Below are positions 26,732 through 39,712 of a stretch of DNA of 64,000 nucleotides, one piece after another; positions within the stretch are counted from its first letter, which is position 1; each line of letters begins with the position of its first letter. The notes under the pieces are model-generated. The model saw only the letters and a list, made by a program, of their open reading frames with translations, made no database searches and had not been told where the DNA came from. The translations under genes and the position numbers were made by a program. The stretch is taken from the NCBI GenBank assembly GCA_963693365.1, contig CAVNZM010000013.1, positions 5,074,640-5,138,639 on the forward strand, written 5' to 3'. Source of the stretch: Amoebidium appalachense (lineage: Eukaryota > Protista > Ichthyosporea).

Positions 26732-27050
26732 GTATACTTCCCATCCTCCCATCTTCCCCCCTCCCCCCCCCCCCCCCCCCCCAGACACACACACACACAC
26801 ACACAGACACAGACACAAACACAGTTTCCAAGCCATACACTAACACTCCATGTCCTACCTTCTGAGTGACGTCACTGTAGCCTGTACCCGTCATAAAATA
26901 CTCCAAAACCGACTTGTCACCAGTGTCGCCCACAATGGCGGTCGCAGGCGACATCTTACCCCTCCTCCCCGTAAAGCCAACCGAAAACCTGCACGGTCAC
27001 GTGAGTCATTACATTTAGCCAATCACCGTACAACTTCCATGTGCACTGTC

Positions 27051-27082
<32 letters not shown>

Positions 27083-27976
27083 ACGCACACACACACACAC
27101 ACACACACTTCACTTTGTACGCATAAATGCATGCACAGCTCAATTCTCTCTTGTCGTGCACCATTTTCTACACATGCTATTTTGGTGGTTCAGCAAGAAT
27201 GTTTACACCATAGACAGGAGGGTATGGGGGTGGTGGTGGTTGGGGGGAGGGGGGGGGGGGGGGGGGGGGGGGGGGCAAACACGGCAAAGGAGGGGGGGGA
27301 GGGAGGGGAAAAGGGGGGGGCATGATATGGGAGCTGAGGGGGATGGGGAGGGGGAGGGGGTGGTAGAGGGGGGGGGGGGGGGGGGGGGGGGGAGGGGGAA
27401 GGGTCTATAGTCAGCAGCCACACTCACCATCCAGATGCCTGAGTCAGTACAAACTGAGCCTTGAGCACGTTACCCTCCACCACCCACGAGCCAATCACAT
27501 TGTAGTCCAGCCTCTTCTGTGTCTTGTAACTCAACCCTAGCGCCTCTCCGCACCCAATGTTCGCCGGCGCCGCCGTGGCGGTAGGCGAAGCCGAAGAAGT
27601 TGAAATTACGGAAGGTGCAGTAGTGGTAGCGCTATTCGCTTCCCCCACGGAGGTCACGGAAACGGTATTGGTTCCCCCCACAGTGCCAGATGTACTGGAA
27701 ATTCCACACGCGCCTAACGCGACAGACGCGCTGCCAAAAGTGCTCCCGTGTCCCCCTAGGCTTCCGTCCCCGGCGGCCCAGATGAGATTTGAGACGGACT
27801 GGAGGGAGATGAATTGATCCCCCTTGGTTGGGTCGATGAGCCGTGTGAAGTAGAGCACAGTCACTCCGTTCTCGGTAGCTACCCGACCATCTACAATCTT
27901 GCTCTGGTCCTGCAAAAAGGGAAAGGGAGAGATGTGTAAATTGTGTGGGGTGATGTTTTTTTTTTTTTGTTTGTTT

Positions 27977-28007
<31 letters not shown>

Positions 28008-28767
28008 GGGTTTGAATGCGGAACACAGTACGAAGTACGCATACACGATGAGAAGCATGGTGCAGGACACATGCAAAGGCAAACATTCAAGTATGCAGCA
28101 TCAGCCATGCGCAGGGTCTCTGTCCTTTGGTGGAAGGTGGGCATGAGAGGTGGACCATCGTCTTGGCGATTTTTCCTGTTTTAAACAAAGACAGATTGGT
28201 ATTACGGAAAAGAATGGAGGAGGTGGTGGCGAAAGCGCCCACTTGCATGTGCATGTGCAAGGAAGCGGGAGGTGGGGGGGGAGGGGAGGGGGGAGCGTTG
28301 AACACATACTGCAGTCGGGTTAACGTCACCGAAGCCCTCTCCCGTCATGTAATATTCTGTAACCTTGCCCGAAGACACGAACCCAATAAAGGCGTTTGCA
28401 AGATACATGGCCCCTGGGTACTGGGAGAAGCCGATGGATACCCTGGGGACGTTGTGTGTCAAAAAAAAGTGGGGAAAAAGACAGGGGAAAAAAAAAAGAA
28501 AGAAAGAAGAAAGATGGGCTGCAACGGGGGTAAAAAAAGAACACAGACCCAGCAACAAGCCGAAACAGAAACAACAATACCACCCTTACCACCTGCAGCA
28601 ACAAGAAAACCTAAGAAGAAGGGGAAAAAAAAAAAAAAAAAAAAAAAAAGGGAAGAAAAAAAAAACGGGAGGTGGAAAAAACAGCCGTGAGGAGAAATCA
28701 AACGAAAGCAGCATGCATCCCCAAAACATCGCCTCCAAAAAAACAATCAAACCAGATGTAACAACAG

Positions 28768-28810
<43 letters not shown>

Positions 28811-29545
28811 AAAAAAAAAAGGAAGAATAAGAAGAAGAATGAAAGAAAGGACTTTGGAAAGAAAACGCACACACTCACCATCCCTGCCAGTTCCTGGAAA
28901 ACACGGTCCTGGTAACCAGCCTGTCGCTCTCCAGCCTATAGTTCACAACCACCGTTCCAGCCCTCCCGCTCATCGTCGCAGTGTTCGGGTAATCCCCCGT
29001 GGTGCCGCAAGTCATAGGCCCCTGTACCACCGGCTGCACAAAGTTGCTCAAAACCTGCATGTTTGATGCTTGCTGCGTAGTCGAAGGCAGAACATCAGTC
29101 GTCGGCGATGGAGCGGGCGCGGGGGCGGGCGAGGGTGTAGGGGTAGGAGAAGGGGTGGGGGAAGGAGCCACCACAACGGCGGGTGCAGGGGCCGGTGTGG
29201 GAGATGGAATTGGAGGTGAGGAGGTAGTAGGAACAACTACTGGGGCTGGGGACGGTGTTGGTGCCGGGGCCTGAACGGCAACGGATGGGATTGTGGCGGG
29301 CGCGGGTGCGGGCGCTGGCGCCGCTGCCTGTACCGTGGAAATACCACACACACCCATGTTTGCGGTGGCGCTCCCGAAGGTTCTCCCGTGGTTTCCGAGG
29401 GCGCCGTTGCCGGCCGCCCAAATAAGGTTCGCGGGGGAATTGACGGTGATGTATCCGTCAGAGCCGGAGGGTAGAAGACGTGTGAAATACATCACACTTA
29501 GTCCGTTTTCTACCGTTACGTTTGCGTTGATCAACTTGCTTTGGT

Positions 29546-29588
<43 letters not shown>

Positions 29589-29979
29589 TGTTGATGATGT
29601 GCATGGGTGTGTGTCATGACATGCGTGCAGGTGCGGGTGCGGGTGGGTAGGATGAATGGAGTGGAAGGGTAGGAGGAGGACAGTTGTCAGGCAGACTTGT
29701 CTTGTATATTCTATGTAACATGTTAAGGGTCAAAACACTATTTCACTCATAGTTCTCCAAGAAAAATATTTTGCCACAAACAACGAGAGTACAAATAGAA
29801 GATGGAAAAACTCACCGAAATGGGGTTAACGTCACTGAAGCCCTCGCCCGTCATGTAGTATTCTGTCACCTTACCGGAGGCCACATCCCCAATAAATGCA
29901 TTTGCAAGATACATGGCCCCTGGGAATTGCGAAAAGCCGATGGATACCCTGAGGGGGGCTGTGTGTTAAAAAAAAAAAA

Positions 29980-30010
<31 letters not shown>

Positions 30011-30199
30011 AGGAGGGGAGGAGTGGAGAGGGAAAGACTGGATACAGACTTAAGAACATGTGGCATACATCACGCCCAACAACGCAGCTTTACGCCGAGA
30101 CATGTATTACTGCTGCACGCACGTAGAAGCCACGGCACGTGCGAGTCAAAGACAAGAAGGAAGTGAAGTACACAGGGAGAAGGTGTGTATGTGTGTGCT

Positions 30200-30248
<49 letters not shown>

Positions 30249-31210
30249 GAGAGAGAGAGAGAGAGGGGGGGGGGATACATGTAACTTGACACAAAAAAAA
30301 ATAGACACATGGCATGCATACCTAGAGCCGATTAGCATTTTTTGTTGTTGTTGTCGTTGTTGTTGTATTGCCTTTGAAAGGGGAAGGGAGGGGGAGGGGG
30401 GAGGGGCACGCATACCATCCCTGCCAGTTGCTCGAAAAGGTCGTGCGTGTGATCAGCCTATCTGTCTCCAGCCTGTAGTCCACTTGCACAGTGCCTGAGC
30501 GCCGACTCATCAACGTCACACCGTCGGGATACTGCCCGCTTGTCCCACATGTTGCTTGGCCAGTGACAACCCCCGCAAGAAGGCCGTGCAGCACACAGAC
30601 AAAGGCGAATCTGAAACACCAAGAAATTAGAAAGGGGTGTTGCGAAGATTTTGAAACTAGATCTCTGTCGTTGTTGATGCAAGGGTTTGCTGTCTTAAAA
30701 CAGAAAGCATTGGGGTAAGAAAGGGGACAGGAGGGAGGGGGTGAGGGGAGGAGGGGGAGGGGGGGGGAGGGGGTGGGGGAGACAACATCCTCTATGATTG
30801 TGTATTTATCATAAAGTTCGATGGTAAGTTGTCTATTATTGGTGCGTGTATGTAAATGGCTATGGTGCGGGCGACGTTTTCTTAGGCAGAGGCCAAACAG
30901 AATCAAAGCATACGGCCACCGTAAGAGCACCGAAAAGCACGATATAGAATAGATTACCACTTGAGCCAAAACTGTGACACAATCACGTGCGCACTTTACA
31001 ACTTGCACCAACTCACTTGCACAAGTGTGCGTAAAAGCATTTTAAAACGACCGATTTTTCGTTTGCAAGCAAAGAGGCGCCATATGCAGAAGTGCCTATG
31101 CCACGAAAAATGCGCATGTTTGGGAAACATTACAATCGCAAACTACATGCACACGCCAACACATTCCTTGCATCAATATGTATATGTGGGGTAACGACTC
31201 ACATATTCAT
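24206..31210 (-). CDS. Cytochrome b561 protein with three N-terminal DOMON domains (CYBDOM / ferric-chelate reductase-like), about 880 aa
   Basis: 11 phase-consistent exons: 31203-31210, 30416-30610, 29816-29948, 28879-29546, 28310-28442, 27428-27909, 26859-26988, 26369-26473, 25818-26084, 25184-25402, 24206-24508. Signal peptide MNIFAFVCVLHGLLAGVVTG. Three DOMON repeats (GW[VF]S[IV]GF...M, YFTR, [LV]IWA.G....H). The b561 domain has four His: KKHALLMFLAWG, WLKLH, GTHQIMG, VTHQNMGR. Confidence 0.9.
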
Positions 31211-31678
31211 TTTTTGTGCTCCTCCTAGCTCCTTGTATGAAGTGACATATGCTGCCGCAAGTGAATCTGCTCGTTCTGTGTCAATGTTTTCTGAGCAACT
31301 CTGTTCTGTGTCAAAGTGCCTGATGTGGCGCCACAACGGTTTGCAAATTGCACCACGAGGAGAAAACAGATGGTTGACGCCCTCAGTCCGTCTGCCTACT
31401 GGCTTCTGAGCTGTGTTCTTGGGCGCTGCGTAACGAACCTCAAGCAAGGCAGAGTCTAGCTTGAACTCTGCACTTCAGATCTTCCTCACTTAGGCACAGA
31501 GTCGACTGGTTGTGTTCACTTGAGGTTCGTTTTCTTTGTGCCTGCCTTCACTTGAAAACTCCGAGTCACGGTGAAAATGTGCTTTTAGAGGTATTTGAGG
31601 GGCCTCGGTGTGCAGAGACGTGATCACGTCCCTCCGACCGGCCGATGCGATGTGCGTGGCGAGGGGTGCGCCTGACAG

Positions 31679-31742
31679 CCAATCAAAAGGAGGACGATAG
31701 GGATTGGCTAAGCTGACATCACTTTGAGCTTAGGAGACCAAT
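31679..31742. promoter_or_regulatory. Cluster of three CCAAT boxes in the shared divergent promoter
   Basis: CCAAT 31679-31683, ATTGG 31703-31707, CCAAT 31738-31742, between the divergent ATGs at 31210 and 32474. Confidence 0.45.
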
Positions 31743-32473
31743 CACAGCTCGGGGGAATCTCAGAATCCACATTCCAAATAAAATGTAAATAACAACAAGA
31801 TTGCTATTAGAACGCCAAACATCATCGTATTATGGTGAGGTTTCGGCCCGGTCAACAAAACCTTTTGAGTCTGGAATCATTTTAAAAGCTAAAACTACGG
31901 ATATCATGAGAATATGCGCTGAGTCATCATGTGTTTCGTTTTGAGAATGAGATATAAATAGTACATTGCGTCATGGTGTACTCAAGATTTATTCGTCGCG
32001 ACTCGCCGGGACCTTCAGTGATTGTGAGTGGCACATGAAACAAGTTATACAAGTTTTCACCCTAAAAAACACAAAATAAGCACATTCATTTCTTCCAACT
32101 GGTATACAAATTATAACATAGGTTTATCTGATGGAAATTACGTGTCTATTTTTACTAGACAAACCTTGGAGACGGTTAAACGGTTTATCGTTTCTATTGA
32201 GTTTTCTATTTATAGTTGGGGAAAACCCAGATCCTGGCTGCCAGATGTAGCTAGCAATCGCCATGCTGGCACATTCCAGCGTTGGGAATCCCCCATATGA
32301 GCCTCATGTCGTCACTCGAACGACAGAGCCAGTTACGAATGAGACAACGAGAACGGTGTTCGTGAAACTCAGTCGTGTGGTGTGTAGCTGTGGTGTGTAT
32401 ATTAGATATTTTTCATAACTTACCACCACAACGTAAAACATCGAAACGCACGACTCTAACATCTAAGGACAAG

Positions 32474-34684
32474 ATGGCGCGGGAAGAGGAAGACAACCTC
32501 AAGGGCTCAATTGCCATGAATACACTGAACACACCCACACCCTTCGACGGTGATGCAGTGGTTCCCCTCAACTCGGCGTCCATAATTGGCCCTAACGGTG
32601 ACACTCACGAAGCAACCCTCCTTGGCACGGCAAGCATTTCAAAGACGCCCACGGTTATACTCTTTTTTGAATGCCTCCGTGACTATGTTCGTGTCTTCCT
32701 TGGTCACCCTTGGTTGACTTTCCCCTTGGGCGGTGCCTTGGTGGCAGAATGGTTCATCGACATGAACATCCTGGAAGCCATCCTGTCTGCAGCCTTTATG
32801 TATCTTGTCCTTGGGTGGGAGTATGCGTCAGAGACGTCGTGGGCGTTTGGCACTGCAATTGTGGTCGCCTTTCTACTTGCCTGCGTTCCCCGCAACTCTA
32901 TCTGGGTGTACCTGTTCGGCATACCGTTTGAGCGAATGATCAAATATCATAGGTAAGATCCGCTGCCCCTGTATGTGTGCGTGATGCTACAATGTGTGTG
33001 AGCTTGTGTTGGTGTGTGTGTGATACCATGCGTGCTTGGGTGGGCACGTTGGTGTGTGTGTGTGTGTGTGTGCTTGTGTGTGTGTGTGTGTGTGTGTGTG
33101 GCAGCTGGGTTCAGCTTTTCACTTGTTCAAGCTCAGTAGCATCTCTACCTGGTTTTTTCACGTGTGCTGTTTCTAACAAGAGACGGTGCTTGTGTTCTGC
33201 GAGCTCCTCCTTACAGCGCATTTCAGGTCAGCACTTATTGAGTTCTGCAGCACCCATGCCTGTGCCTAACCCGCCTGTTCAATTATCCATACAGGTGGGC
33301 CAGCACTTTCTTGGTTGTTCCCTTGCTGCTGCACGCTATCGGCAACAACGGGTTCGAGAAATGTACCGACGACAACCCAGATGACTGCTTCTGGGGGGAC
33401 GACGATCATAAGACTGGTATGTGGATTCACTTGAAGACGAAAATAAGATAGTGTGTGTGCACGGGGAAGGGAGAGGAAAACAGAGAAATGAACTTGGAAG
33501 CCTTTTTTGGGGGATAGGTTGTTGTGAACAGTTTAGAATCAGTAATCAGTGTCATCTATTTGGATTGTCGTGTTCTACACGGGGGAGCAGTGGTTTTAGA
33601 AGGGTTGCCTATTTTTTTCTTTACTATTGTTAGGCCAAAATGAGGCGGGTTGGAGACAGGGGGAGGGGACTCGGAGGTGGAAGTGTGTATGTGTTGGGGG
33701 GGGGGGGGGGGAGGGGGAGGGGGGGAGGAGGAGAGTTAGAGGAGGAAGAGGGGACGGGAGGGGGGAGGCCAGGGAGGGGCTGTGTATGCGGTGGTGCCGC
33801 TCGTGACTGAGCAGCCTAGAAAGTGACTTTCCTAAGGATAGATGAAGTGTATTCATATGCTTAACGAATAAATGTCCAAAAATAAATTTCCTTACATACC
33901 ATATATGGTATATAAGACTATTGGTCCGTTATGTCCACACCAATCAAATTGAGTGCGGGGATGAACCATGCATGTGCATAACGGCAGATCGTAATCCCCC
34001 ATACTCCCTAACTCCCGATACTCAGTGGGGGCCGATAATCCTACATATGAAATTTGATCAATTACATAGTGAAATTTCAAAATGAACCCTTTGTCCTTAA
34101 ATACGGCACCTGGAAGCAAGCTCACTTATCACATTGTTGTGCCCATTATTTCTTCTGCAGCGTGCACTAACACATAATAATCCCGTGGCCGTGCGCACAA
34201 CACACACACACACACACAGGGTTCGTAATCTTTGTCTCCTACGGCGTCATGTTTCTTACGGCCCTGCCGCCCATCCGCCGCCGTCTTTTCGAGACGTTCT
34301 ACTTCACGCACTTCATGTTCATTTCGTTCATCGTGGCTACTCTGCTACACAAACCTGACGACCTTTACGTCTACGTTCTGCCCCCCCTTGCTCTGTATGT
34401 GATTGACAGGGCGCTGAGGTTCCAGCTGAGTTGGTATTTCAGCGGGAAGGTGCACAGTGTGACTGCATTGCCTGGGGGGGTCACCAAGGTGACGGTGGAT
34501 GCACGGTGGATGAGCCATCTCAACTACCGGTGAGTTTTCTCTTGTTCTCTCTCTCTCTCTCTCTTTGTCTGTATCTCTGTCTTCCCCCCCCCCCCCCCCC
34601 CCCCCCTTCCGTCTCTTCTCTCCCTCTCGCTCCCTCCCTCTCTCTTTCCCTCTCTCTCTCTCTCTCTCTCTCTCTCCCCCCCCC

Positions 34685-34715
<31 letters not shown>

Positions 34716-34885
34716 TTCCCCTCCTCCTCCCCCCTTTCCTACCCTCGCTCTTTATTTCATGCCGGATGCCGATGCTATTTCCTTTGTACTTCACGAAAAC
34801 AACAATAGAATTTGATGCTTTGCGCACTGGCAGATCTCACTTCTTTGCTACCTCGCACTTTCCTGCTGTCTACTGAGTCGTAAAC

Positions 34886-34926
<41 letters not shown>

Positions 34927-35631
34927 GCGGGCCAGTATGTGTTTGTCTACTTCCCCGAGGTGTCGAGTCTGCAGTGGCACCCGTTCAGCATAGCCACCAT
35001 CCCCACCGACCCACTCTTCTCCATCTACATCCGGTCACAGAATAAGGGCCAGTTTACTTCCCTCGTCTCCGAAAAAATCCACAAGGGGAGCAAGATTCGT
35101 TGCGAGGGCGGATATGGGGCGCCGTCCGTTCCCCTTCATCTTATGGATTCGGTCGTGTTGGTTGGCGGAGGTGTTGGTGTTGTCCCTCTGGTGTCCATTC
35201 TTCGGGAACTCGCGCTCCCAATGTCCACGTTTAAGGCGAGATACCTGACGCGCCGCACACGCCGGGTCACGTTGATCTGGTCGGTGAAAGCCACGTCGGA
35301 ACTGGCCTGGTTTACCACGGAACTCGCGCAGGCAAAAGAAGCGGCGCGCCAGAGCGGGGTAACGGTCGAGTTGAAATTCTTTGTGACCAGGCCGAGCGAG
35401 ATGGATCAGGATACGATGGTGAAAATTCTTGCCAGCGGGGGTTCGGAGGCTGAAATTGTGTTCCAGCGGCCGGATATTCACGCTCTCCTGTCGAGTGAGG
35501 TCGGAAATGGGTGGATTGGGGTGCACACGTGCGGGCCAAGACCGATGGTGGATAGCACCAATAGCGGGTGCGCGCGGCTGAGCGGAGCGAAAACGACGTT
35601 CTTCCCTGGTAACGAAACATTCGAGTTGTAG
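32474..35631 (+). CDS. Ferric reductase (FRE/FRO, NADPH-oxidase superfamily flavocytochrome), about 538 aa
   Basis: Exons 32474-32952, 33295-33416, 34220-34529, 34926-35631. Motifs: GIPFERMIKYHRW...LLH, IRRRLFETFYFTH...LLH (four heme His), DRALR, AGQYVF, QWHPFSI (FAD), EGGYG, LVGGGVGVVP (NADPH), LIWSVK, CGPRPM, C-terminal ETFEL. Confidence 0.93.
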
Positions 35632-36449
35632 TGCCTTCAAAAGAAGTTGCTTTTATTCATATGCATTGTATGGTTATGGCTATAAAAAAGATTCAATATT
35701 TATTTTCCTTGTCTTTGTGTAAACTTTGTGCTGATAGCAGCGAACCAAACATCTCCTTTTCCGCTGCGAGTAGGGCCTTCTGGTTTTTATCAACTCGTTT
35801 CTTGTCAAGCAGCTGCGGTCATTGGTTAGGCCAAAAAACTAATTCTTAGTGATAAACTAATGTGTGCAAGATACATGGTGCGCATTAGATAACCGTGTTA
35901 GCTCCTAAACGGCCAACATAGTGCACATCTGATGTGTTTTTAGGGCCGGGTTATGGTATTTGAGCACAGTTGAGACACATGTACATAAACACACCGCCGC
36001 GCGCACTCAAACGAGAAAACGGGGGGGGGGGGGGGGGGAGTCTACTGAGCCCAAATTCTGAAGTATGTTCTTGATCTTAGATGAAAAAAAAAGTAAAGGT
36101 GTTTTATCCGATGACTTCCGAGTAATGGTGCTATGCTTTCTAATGCACTAAGCGGGCTTATTTGCATTCATACGGTTTATATTGATAATCTGACAGTTCT
36201 CATTAATTTTTGTGTAATCTATCAAATACCTACTTGGGGTTCCTAATAAAGGCCTCCGAACCCAATGGGGTTCTACGGCAGATCTGCGATGGAAATGATG
36301 CCTGGACTGTGAAGTGTGCATATTCTTACATATTAGACTATGTAAATTCTTATTGTGTGTACTTCAGCCGTATTCCCACACCTTGGCATAAAGCGCGCAA
36401 CAACCGTTCAACTTGCTCCCACACACAAGCTCCCCCAAGAGCGACATCC

Positions 36450-36501
<52 letters not shown>

Positions 36502-36724
36502 CTCACCTACCCCACCTACCCACCCATACACAATTATGCACACCCTTAATGCCACCATTACATACCACACCGGGGTCACCGAAGCAAAAAGTTGTCACGC
36601 CAGTACTATGGGGTCACCGTGTTAAGAGCAAGAATAGTAGGGGCTTTACGAACTTTAGTTTGGTGACCCTATCAGCAGAACTCGTTTGCTGAAAATTTAT
36701 CATGTCGTGCCCCCCTCTCCACTC

Positions 36725-37169
36725 CCCCGCCTCCCACACACCCTCCCACTGGCCATTCCACCCGTCCACCCACAGTGTCCCCCTTCCACCCCCCCCCGCA
36801 TTAATTAAAAGCAACATCCACACGTGAATATATATGAGCACTGCATGCACCACACCTCTTCAAATTCCTCCCTCCGGACCCAGCCCTCCCCCAGGGCCCT
36901 GCCTCCCTTCGCTCCCGTGACTCTAGGCCCGTCCCCAACACGCAGCCGCCACATCACCCGTCCACCCACAGCGTCCCCGTTCCCGCCTAACTGCACACAC
37001 ACCTTTCTCCCCCCCCCCCCCCCCCTCCCCCCCCCCCCCCCCCCCCCCCTCCTCCGCCGGGCCCCCCACACACACCTTCCGCCCCCTCCCCCCTCTCCAT
37101 TTCCCCGCCTCCCACACACCCTCCCACTGGCCACCCCACCCGTCCACCCACAGTGTCCCCCTTCCACCC
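36725..37169. repeat. About 66-bp direct repeat (two full copies and one partial)
   Basis: CCCCGCCTCCCACACACCCTCCCACTGGCCA..CACCCGTCCACCCACAGTGTCCCCCTTCCACCC at about 36725 and 37103, with a partial copy at about 36956. Confidence 0.8.
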
Positions 37170-37495
37170 TCACACACACCTTCCTCCCCCTCCCCCCCCC
37201 CCCCCCCCCCCCCCCCTTCCCAAAAGATCACGGGTCCGACCAGGTCCTATCGTCTTCAACCTTGTGTAATTGTAACTCGTCTACACCCCTCCCTCAAAAA
37301 AATCGTAGAATCGTCCGATATCTGAGCAACAGCATCATGCCCAAGATCATGCATCAAAGTTCTTGCATTCAATCTGAACCAATATTAAAGAAAACACTGC
37401 TTGTTAAGACCTTCCCCCCCCCCCCCCCCTTTTCGCCCGGAATTTCCTGATCGTTTACAGATTCGATCAAAACGTCTGACACAAACCGCAACCGC

Positions 37496-39537
37496 TTACC
37501 CCCGGGCACATAGTCCACATAGCCAACCTGTGAACCGTATATCGATTTTTTGGGACTTCTCTACATGCAACTTGTACCTAGGAAAAGAATCCATCCTCAT
37601 CAAGTCATACACGTGAGCTAGTGCAGCGTCAAACAGCGTGGCTAATTTCATATGCGTCTCCCCCATCGCCCCACACAGACTACTTCTAACGCCGTTTTTG
37701 TCGTTTGCACCAGCAGTAGCGGTTTTCCCACCGGTTTGCCCAGCCTTGTTAACACTATATTTAACGGAGGGCTCGTTAAAGTTTGTGTTGCGGTTATTTT
37801 GCGGTAAAGTTTCCGCGCTCGCACATACCGAGCTTTGCTCAAATCGAGGTGTAAGCGTTATGTTGCTCGTTTGTTCTGATTCGCCGCTACTGGAGTGCAG
37901 CACAATTTCGGATATGTTTGGGACAGCGGTGTGCTCGGTGGTTGATATTGTAGGACCGGAATCTTCGTCTCTGATTTCCGTGTTTAGTTTTGTGTGGGGT
38001 ATTTGCGACGAAAGTTGGCCCACATCGCTTTCAATCTGCTCGACTATCTCGCCAGGCAGATACACCTGCCACACACTGTTGGTGCTTACGTAAGTCTTGC
38101 AAATCTGCTGCGCCAAAAGTAGTATTTGCTCTTGCCTCGCTGGGTTTAAACGAGCGGTGGCCTCGTTGCGGTATATCTGGACTGCTTCCCAAAACATGAG
38201 GAGCTCAACTGCAAACTCTCCGCGGAGATATTCCGAAAATTCGTCTCTGTTTCCCGGGTTTTTGAGAAACTGCAGAAGTTCGCACTCCCCCGTAGTACCA
38301 ACCACCGATAGTGTTGATAACTCGATTTTATAGGACAATGTTTGCTGCCAGCGAAGTTTTCTCGTCGCATACAACGGCCACCACACATAAGTCGACAGAA
38401 CTACCAGACACGTGCATACGGCCGTAAACCCGGATAAAAACCCGATCGGCCGAAATTTCAATTCGTCCGTGTCCAGGAGAGACGGGATAACTGCGAAAAG
38501 CGACCAAATCGCTATAACGAGTTGCTGGTTGGTGGCGAGGGTGACGTCCTGAAATTTGGATATACCGGAGATAGCGAAATTCGTCGACAGGCCGACCACG
38601 GGATATGTAACACACAATGCGCCAAGGATGTAAGTACTGTTGTTCACGGCTGAAAAATAGTTGTCCGTGTTGGTGCTTGTATCTGCGACCGCCCGGATGT
38701 AAAACACACTCCCGCAAACGAATAGGACAACCCAACATAGGAAACAGAAGCGGCCGGCGACAAAACGCATCACTTTAAGGCTCCGCGGATGGGAGTATGT
38801 TTTTCGTAGCTGCTCTTCGAACCTGTGTAAAGACAAGTGAACAAGTGCGTGTTTGTTTCGTGGTAGTGAAAATGTCGATTTCAAAAAGTGATTTTTTTTT
38901 TTTTTGCGAAAAGCCATACTAAGGGTTTCCTTAAGCCCCCAACTCTGGATGCGCATGCTTTTTGCAAGGTATTTAGGTAATTCCTATAGGGGCATCCTAT
39001 ACTATAGGCTCAGGACAGACGTTGCAAATGCTCAGATGCTGGCCAAAGTCACTAACAATTGTGATTTCAAAAAGGGCTTTGGTGTTGTACATATATGCTC
39101 TCACTTCTCTTAATTTGTGTAACAAGAGCAATGTGGTATCACAGTATATACGTGTGGTTACTTTCTACTATTATCTGTCAAGAAGAAATATAATTCGGAA
39201 AACACCAAATGTTGCAGAAGGTACATGCAGAACCACTGACAGCACCGTGACCCTTGAATATGCCAGCGCGTGCACACCCATGGCAAGCACAGAAACGCTG
39301 CAGCATGCAAACACAACACACACACACACACGCACACACCCCCACGCGCACACACCCACACCCACACACACATCACACACGCATATGCGCTCACACACAC
39401 ATCCACATGTGAACACACTCAACCATAAAACTTGAACCACATCATACACACAGCGTACGCGCGCACGCACACATACACATACGGGGGCGTACACATGCAT
39501 ATGCGTACCCATCCCCAGTGACCATACACACAACTCA

Positions 39538-39628
<91 letters not shown>

Positions 39629-39656
39629 CACACACGCACACACACAGACACACAAG

Positions 39657-39712
<56 letters not shown>

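Noticed and set aside
32010-32030. CAGTGA as a possible iron-responsive-element loop upstream of the ferric reductase
   Set aside because: Flanks do not form the required stem with bulged C.
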